Positions 33,333 to 38,517 of a DNA stretch of 38,517 nt are shown here, in pieces. The DNA is from a virus (Duplodnaviria; Caudoviricetes). The stretch is from positions 1-38,517 of the IMG/VR virus record IMGVR_UViG_3300048599_000148. One strand, written 5' to 3'. Under the pieces are notes generated by a model. The model was not told the DNA's origin. It saw nothing but the letters and a program-made list of their open reading frames with translations, and did not search any database. Each line of letters starts with the position of its first letter. Position 1 is the first letter of the stretch. Both the position numbers and the translations under genes were made by a program.

Positions 33333-33755
33333 CTATTCCCCGGCCGGCGTCACCGGCGGCGGGTTTTGCTTTGCCTTTTCCCAGGCCTCCGCCTCAGCCT
33401 TGGCGCGGCGCTCCTCGCGCTCAGCCTTCGCCGTGCCGATCGCCACGCCCTGGCCGACCACGGACGCCATCTGATCGGCGACTTGCTCATAAGTCTGCGA
33501 CTGGATCACCAGCGCGCCGCCGGCGCCCAGGCCGATGCCCAGCAGCAGCATCACCATCCCGAACAGCGCCGAGCCCATCCAGAAGCCTTGCCGGCGGCCG
33601 TGGCGATGTTCGCGATCGTGCGTCTCATCAAACGCCTGGCGCCGGCCAGCGGCGGGCGGATCGAAGATCTGCGCGCTTGGCAGGCTCTCCGCCGGCGGCC
33701 CCGGAAATAAATCGGCGTGGCGGCCCTTTCCGGCTTGCTGTGTGCGTTCAAACAT
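33333..33755 (-). CDS. Single-pass membrane protein
   Basis: 140 aa; hydrophobic segment FWMGSALFGMVMLLLGIGLGAGGALVI. Confidence 0.7.
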   Translation of the reverse strand: MFERTQQAGKGRHADLFPGPPAESLPSAQIFDPPAAGRRQAFDETHDREHRHGRRQGFWMGSALFGMVMLLLGIGLGAGGALVIQSQTYEQVADQMASVVGQGVAIGTAKAEREERRAKAEAEAWEKAKQNPPPVTPAGE

Positions 33756-33773
33756 TGGGCCGGCCCTTGCGCC

Positions 33774-34811
33774 TTAGAACTTAAACAGTGTTTCCGTGGC
33801 GTCCCGGTGGCGCTTAAACTCGTCAAAATCCTTCTGAATATTCAGGAGCCGCTCGCGATCGCGCTTCAGGCGCGCTTCCTGTTCCGGCGTCAGACCAGGC
33901 TTGGCCAGTTCCTTGTCGATGTCTTCAATCGTGCGCTCCGGCTTCACATCCGCATTATCCGGATTCTGGCGCGCGATCGTCCAGGGAAGGAAAGACGACA
34001 TCAGATCCACGAACACGGCCGCCAGCATGACCAGCGCATAATAGGTCGCCAGCTTGGATTTCATGCCCAGCGGCGACCACACATCCAGCGCCGCGGAAAT
34101 CATGTCGCCGGATTGTTTGGAATCGTCCGCCAGATTTGCCGCCAGCGCATCCTCATCCTTGCGCCGTTGCTCCGCTTCCGCCTTGCGCGCCTTCAGATCC
34201 GCAATCTCCGTGCAGGCGTCCGCCGTGGACATTTTCGAGCTAACGCAGGTTTGGCCGCCATTGGTCAGGAAGCCCACCGTGCGCGGCCCCCTCTTCGTTT
34301 CCACGGTCCTGGCCAGCACGGCGTTAATCTGCGCCTGCAGCGCCTCCGGCGATTCCTGCGACGCGCCGGCCGTGGCCTCGCCCAGACGCCCTTCCTGGAT
34401 CATGGCGATGCGCGCCTGGCGATCTTCCGCGCGGATCCGCTCCGCGATGCGGCCGCCGAATTTGCCCATCCCGGCCGTCATCGACAGCACCGCCGCAAAA
34501 AACCAGATTGTCAGCATCAGCAGCGCTTGCCAGCGCCGGCGCGCCTTCCAGTCCTTCAGAGCCAGCACCAGAAAAGTGGTGTTCACCATGGCGATCACGA
34601 AGCCAAGGCCGACGCCTGGCGCGCCAGCTTGATCGCCCCAGAACACCATTCCGACGCCATACACGATAATGGTGGCGACCACCGCGCCATAACGCAAAAC
34701 AGTCTGCTGATCTTTATCGACGCTCACGAGCGCTTTCAGAAACGCCGCCGTGTCGCGCAGGCCGCCTTCCAACCCCGTGTCGCGCGCCAGTTTCCTTATT
34801 CCAGTTGTCAT
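33774..34811 (-). CDS. Multi-pass membrane protein with a periplasmic coiled coil
   Basis: Three hydrophobic helices, a helical region with a Cys pair, a fourth hydrophobic helix and a charged tail; ATG at 34811. Confidence 0.75.
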   Translation of the reverse strand: MTTGIRKLARDTGLEGGLRDTAAFLKALVSVDKDQQTVLRYGAVVATIIVYGVGMVFWGDQAGAPGVGLGFVIAMVNTTFLVLALKDWKARRRWQALLMLTIWFFAAVLSMTAGMGKFGGRIAERIRAEDRQARIAMIQEGRLGEATAGASQESPEALQAQINAVLARTVETKRGPRTVGFLTNGGQTCVSSKMSTADACTEIADLKARKAEAEQRRKDEDALAANLADDSKQSGDMISAALDVWSPLGMKSKLATYYALVMLAAVFVDLMSSFLPWTIARQNPDNADVKPERTIEDIDKELAKPGLTPEQEARLKRDRERLLNIQKDFDEFKRHRDATETLFKF

Positions 34812-34812
34812 T

Positions 34813-35148
34813 TTACAGCCCCAAGACTTTCGCAATCGGCCCCAGCGCCGTCACCAGTTTCGGAAAATTTTCGTTGGCCTCGCGTAGTAAGAGCCAGACG
34901 AGAAAGAGGAAGAACAAGAACGCGAATGGCCGGCCGATATATTGGCGCCCCAGCGCGCCGAGCCCGGCCGGCTCCGCTGATGCGGCTCGCTTTTCAAGTG
35001 CCTGTTCAATACCCTCAAGGATCTCTGCGAATCGATCATCTGTGTTCGCATCATCGCGGGCGCGCGTCTCTGAGAGCCGCCAATCTTCCAGGCTGGAAAC
35101 GCGATATTCCAAGCCCACGATGCGCTCAATATCAGCCCTATCAAGCAC
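34813..35148 (-). CDS. Coiled-coil protein with a C-terminal TM helix (holin-like position)
   Basis: LEYRVSSLE coiled coil followed by FAFLFFLFLVWLLL. Confidence 0.55.
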   Translation of the reverse strand: MLDRADIERIVGLEYRVSSLEDWRLSETRARDDANTDDRFAEILEGIEQALEKRAASAEPAGLGALGRQYIGRPFAFLFFLFLVWLLLREANENFPKLVTALGPIAKVLGL

Positions 35149-35176
35149 GCCAGCCCCCGAACAAATTCCATCGCCG

Positions 35177-35497
35177 TCACCTTTCCTTCAGGTGCCAATC
35201 CACGCAGGCGTCATGCGTTCGCGCATTCTCAACGCCCACCTTCTTGAAGCCCGGCAGGATCGGCAGCAGCTGATCCAGAAACGCCGAGTCGCTCAGCCCC
35301 TCCTGTTCCGGCAGCAGCGGAAATTGCTGGCTCTTCTGGTAGCACTGCAGCGGCGCCGGCGGCCGGATCCGGTCCTGCACCACTGGCGCCGGCGGCAGCG
35401 GCCGGGACTGACTCAATTCCGATTTTGTTGATGTCGCGCATGATGCGGCCAAGGTCGCCGCGCTTAGGATCGCCAGCCTGGCGGGCAGTGATGCCAT
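35177..35497 (-). CDS. Lipoprotein, o-spanin (Rz1-like)
   Basis: Signal peptide with lipobox LAASC and a Pro-rich mature region; largely overlaps the 3' end of the i-spanin candidate in another frame. Confidence 0.75.
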   Translation of the reverse strand: MASLPARLAILSAATLAASCATSTKSELSQSRPLPPAPVVQDRIRPPAPLQCYQKSQQFPLLPEQEGLSDSAFLDQLLPILPGFKKVGVENARTHDACVDWHLKER

Positions 35498-36029
35498 GTT
35501 GCACCTTTTCCAAACGATTGATGATGAGCGCCTGATTTTTGGCCTGCGCTTCCTGGAAATCGCGCGTGGCCTGGACAGCCTCCACCGCCCGCGCTTCGGC
35601 GCGCGCGCGCTCCGCTTCGGACGCCTTCAGCTGCGCGTCCGTGTAGTTTAGCTGGCCTTGCGTGGAATCCAGTTCCGCCTTGAGATTTGCAATCTCTTCC
35701 TTCTTAGCCGGCAGCTCCTCGCGCGCGTCATTCAGCCGGATATAGAAAACCAGAATGATCACGCCCACGAGAATGGCGACGATCGCGCCGCGCTTGCCGC
35801 GTGATGAGGTGAAGCCCAGAACCGGCGTCGACTCAAAAAATCCCGGCTCTTTGACCGCCGCCGGCGCAGGCAATCCGGCCGGCGCAGCGGCCGCCCGGCG
35901 CATGAAGATCCGGCCGGCGATCGCGGATACCGCGTCGCGCTTGACCACGCCAAGAATGATCGCGGCCAGGCCCGCGACGATCGGCACGGCGAAAGTGGAG
36001 GCGAACCAGGTGAAAACGGCAATGGTCAT
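35229..36029 (-). CDS. i-spanin-like (Rz-like) membrane protein
   Basis: Two hydrophobic segments followed by a long coiled coil; overlaps the lipoprotein gene. Confidence 0.7.
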   Translation of the reverse strand: MTIAVFTWFASTFAVPIVAGLAAIILGVVKRDAVSAIAGRIFMRRAAAAPAGLPAPAAVKEPGFFESTPVLGFTSSRGKRGAIVAILVGVIILVFYIRLNDAREELPAKKEEIANLKAELDSTQGQLNYTDAQLKASEAERARAEARAVEAVQATRDFQEAQAKNQALIINRLEKVQHGITARQAGDPKRGDLGRIMRDINKIGIESVPAAAAGASGAGPDPAAGAAAVLPEEPAISAAAGTGGAERLGVSGSAAADPAGLQEGGR

Positions 36030-36032
36030 GAG

Positions 36033-36125
36033 TCATTCCCCGTTATTCGCCGGCGACCAATCGCGAGACGCTATAAAGACCGCCGCGCAGAAACACAGCA
36101 GAATCACCCAATCGAGCGTTTCCAT
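36033..36125 (-). CDS. 30-aa membrane peptide
   Basis: METLDWVILLCFCAAVFIASRDWSPANNGE, with GGGGG RBS; fills the gap exactly; below the ORF-track cutoff. Confidence 0.45.
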   Translation of the reverse strand: METLDWVILLCFCAAVFIASRDWSPANNGE

Positions 36126-36136
36126 CGCTTCCCCCG

Positions 36137-36685
36137 CTACAACGTCCAAGGACGATAACCCGGCATGCGCGCCGCCACCTTGGCCAGGACAGTCCAGAGC
36201 CCGTCCTCTCCGTCCGCATTGTCCTCAGACCGCGCGGCGCCGATCATGGTGGCGCCCAGCTCCTCAAACTCTTCCAGCTGCAGGATCCGCGCGCGCCGGT
36301 CCCGTTCGCGCTGCAGCTCGCCTTCAAGGAAGGCGTCTTTTTCCATGCCGCACGCGGACGCCACCGGCGCCAGACGATCCCAGGCCTGCGCATCGCCAGC
36401 CTTTGCCCGCGCCGCAAACTCCGCCCGCAGCGCCAGCGCCTGTTCCTTGCGCAGCAGAACGCCAGAGCGCAGCGCCTCGCATTCATAGGCATGATGCAAT
36501 AAAGCAGCGGCGAGCTTCTCGGAGAATGACAACGCCGGCGGCGGCGGAAACGGCGACTCAGGCGGCGGCGCCTTAATGGCCCCGTCCACCACCGCATCAT
36601 TAGGCGAGCCGGCGCGCGCCCAGCCATAGCCGAAACGCTCAAAGGCCACGGGCGCGGCGCCATTAGATTGCGGCGAGTTGTCCAA
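36137..36685 (-). CDS. Tail fibre assembly/chaperone-like protein
   Basis: AAGGA RBS before TTG; Pro-rich linker then a helical domain; downstream of the fibre gene. Confidence 0.55.
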   Translation of the reverse strand: MDNSPQSNGAAPVAFERFGYGWARAGSPNDAVVDGAIKAPPPESPFPPPPALSFSEKLAAALLHHAYECEALRSGVLLRKEQALALRAEFAARAKAGDAQAWDRLAPVASACGMEKDAFLEGELQRERDRRARILQLEEFEELGATMIGAARSEDNADGEDGLWTVLAKVAARMPGYRPWTL

Positions 36686-37205
36686 TGTAATTTTCCTTCA
36701 CAGCATCGATCGCGGAAACATCATCTGGCGCGGCGGCGATCGCCTCCTGCGCTTCTTTGCGCAGCGTGTACGTCACCCGGAGCACGTCCACATAAGCATC
36801 ACGCTTTGCGCGAATGGCGTTGGCTTCATCGGTCAGCGAATTACCGGACAGCGCGGCGGCGACAGTTAGAAATTCCAAGCCCGTCGCATCGGCCGGATAA
36901 CCCGCCAACACATAGGCGTCCGCCTCCTGCGCCAACATCTGATATTCCGTTTCGATATAGGCGACGCCTGGCACGCGGCGCAGGCGCGCGGCGGACACTT
37001 CATCAAACACCGCATGAAGCGCGGCAGCCCGCAGCGACACAAAATCCGGCGCTGCAGCAACCCAGGGCGCAACCTCATCAAGATTGCCACCCCGCTCTAC
37101 AAAGAGTCCAACCGGGAAAAAGCCGCCATTCGGCGCGCCAAGGTCGGCGCCCTCTGCGGCGCTGACTTCAATCATGGTTTGAAATTCGTCTGTGTAGCGC
37201 ATCAT
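36663..37205 (-). CDS. Tail fibre assembly/chaperone-like protein
   Basis: TAATG overlap with the fibre stop; EY....QEADAY...FL...A...G.SL...A..I pattern of fibre-associated helical proteins. Confidence 0.65.
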   Translation of the reverse strand: MMRYTDEFQTMIEVSAAEGADLGAPNGGFFPVGLFVERGGNLDEVAPWVAAAPDFVSLRAAALHAVFDEVSAARLRRVPGVAYIETEYQMLAQEADAYVLAGYPADATGLEFLTVAAALSGNSLTDEANAIRAKRDAYVDVLRVTYTLRKEAQEAIAAAPDDVSAIDAVKENYIGQLAAI

Positions 37206-38517
37206 TAAAGCCTCGCATCTAGCGGCCACTGACTGCGAACAAACCAACCCGATGCCGATGCTGGCGTCACATTCACGCGCGCGTTTCGCGTATTGAATTG
37301 ACTGATCGTTATAGTTCCGACGTTGGTGTCAGCTTCAAGCTGCACCCGTGCGGCAGCCGCTGGGGTGGTGCGCTTCTCAATAAAATTTGCCGTAAAATAC
37401 TGAGTGTTTGTACTCGCTGGTGTATTCCCCCCGGCGAAACCGAGAAGTTCATACTCTCGCTGGCAACGAAGCAATTCCAGCGTCGGATCTGGCGGAATAT
37501 AAAGCCCCGGCGCAACGTCGCCAATTACAAGCTCCCATGCAGTAATGTCGAGCGTTGCGCCGTTGGTCGCCATGAGGCCAGCGCCCGCAACGCCAATCTT
37601 GTTTGCGCTAGCCCACGCACCCGCAACGCCGCCGCCAGTTGCGCCGATACCCAACGCCATGCGCAAGCGCAGGCCGACCCCGTTGTCCGTGAGCCAAGTT
37701 CCGTCAGTGCACCCCGGCACTTCGAGCGCAATATCAGTTGTGGTGTTGGCCGCGAGAGCCTGCGACATTGGAAATGATCGGTCGTAAGCACTGTTTTGAA
37801 GGCTGAAGCCTATTGAACATGCAATTGATGCGCGCGCGGTCGCGCATAGCCACGCCTTGCGGGCGCTAGCGCGTCCGTATTGTAGACGAGAGGCGCGGAG
37901 CCCTTCGATCCGCATGTCTGCGACGTAAACATCGCCAGCGCCCGGCGACGCCGCCGCCGCCGTCACGGTGTAGCGGTCGCAAGTTATGACGGGATTACGC
38001 GCCGTGAGTAGGTTTGCGTTTGTCTGGCGTTGCCAAGAAAAACCGCCCGCGCCAGATTTTGCGATAAAGAGGCCATCCCGGCAATAAACCCCGCCAGTCG
38101 CCGCAACGCTCGCGCCCGCGTTTGGCTGGTCAATCGCGCAATCGCCATTCAGCAAGAGCGGACCCCTGTCCGGATTGACCGAATAAACGCCCAACGCCGC
38201 GCGCACAGCGGCAGGCGTCGCGCTGGCAAACAACGTCTGAAGCGCAGATAACCCATCAGGATCATCCAAGACGGTCGCCATAAAGGCCGAGACATTGGCC
38301 TGCGGCAATTGCGAAACAAGATTGGCTGGCAAGCCAGACAGATCAAAGCCAAACAACGCGCCAGGCGTTCCCGCGAAGAACGCCGGCGCGCCGGCCGCAT
38401 CGTAAAACTGCACTTTCTTTGCGCGCGCACTTGCCTCAGGCAATTCACCGCCCGCCGCATCCGCCGCCGGAAAACGCAAGGTGCGATCGCTGCGCCCGTT
38501 GATTTCCTGCTGCCGCA
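37205..38517 (-). CDS. Tail fibre protein, 3' part (continues from 461..1 across the join)
   Basis: VSAFMATVLDD, LLNGDCAIDQ and ELLRCQREY motifs typical of fibre/receptor-binding proteins. Confidence 0.85.
   Translation of the reverse strand, partial: RQQEINGRSDRTLRFPAADAAGGELPEASARAKKVQFYDAAGAPAFFAGTPGALFGFDLSGLPANLVSQLPQANVSAFMATVLDDPDGLSALQTLFASATPAAVRAALGVYSVNPDRGPLLLNGDCAIDQPNAGASVAATGGVYCRDGLFIAKSGAGGFSWQRQTNANLLTARNPVITCDRYTVTAAAASPGAGDVYVADMRIEGLRASRLQYGRASARKAWLCATARASIACSIGFSLQNSAYDRSFPMSQALAANTTTDIALEVPGCTDGTWLTDNGVGLRLRMALGIGATGGGVAGAWASANKIGVAGAGLMATNGATLDITAWELVIGDVAPGLYIPPDPTLELLRCQREYELLGFAGGNTPASTNTQYFTANFIEKRTTPAAAARVQLEADTNVGTITISQFNTRNARVNVTPASASGWFVRSQWPLDARL
38391..38517. 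repeat. Terminal direct repeat, copy 2
   Basis: Identical to 1..127. Confidence 0.95.

Larger units (their letters stand above)
33011..33334. repeat. Candidate integrase arm-type sites (AAARTCGCA-like repeats) flanking the att core
   Basis: Inverted pair AAAAGTCGCA-CGC-TGCGACTTTT at 33011..33033. AAATCGC occurs near 33165, 33195, 33220 and 33265. AGTCGCACGCT occurs at 33014 and 33324. AAAACCCGCAC occurs at 33300 and inverted at 33177. Confidence 0.6.

Noticed and set aside
36244-36663. 139-aa ORF whose ATG overlaps the upstream stop
   Set aside because: Arg/Trp-rich off-frame translation; the 36137..36685 frame has a better RBS and a more protein-like composition.
37205-38517. Diversity-generating retroelement as in BPP-1
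   Set aside because: No reverse transcriptase or Avd-like ORF, and I saw no template/variable repeat pair differing at adenines.

Overview
The window is an apparently complete, circularly assembled ~38,390-bp temperate phage genome. The first and last 127 nt are identical, the sequence is GC-rich, and the host is probably an alphaproteobacterium (GcrA homolog, DnaA-C-like HTH protein, near-consensus CtrA box). The minus strand carries a podovirus (BPP-1/T7-like) morphogenesis module: terS, terL, portal, scaffold, capsid, cement, tail tubular A/B, ejection proteins and a tail fibre that spans the contig junction. It also carries a primase plus P-loop helicase replication module, a Cro-led early operon, and a membrane-protein/spanin cassette with no recognisable endolysin. 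The plus strand carries a CI-type repressor, xis and a tyrosine integrase next to an attP made of the 3' half of tRNA-Lys(CTT). The most notable signals are: (1) two same-strand, +1-frame nested ORFs with host-like codon usage and a possible internal promoter inside a DdrB-like ParB-domain ejection protein gene; (2) four late promoters made of a 23-bp GCGGGGGG-N7-CCCCCCGC palindrome exactly 14 nt before a TANNNT -10 box; (3) a complete c4-type antisense RNA switch controlling an unknown 123-aa gene; (4) a capsid 5' UTR with a duplicated internal-loop motif; (5) a GcrA-like protein with a duplicated N-terminal domain; (6) a possible Acb2/Tad1-like anti-defence sponge. All family assignments are from motif recognition by eye, not database searches.
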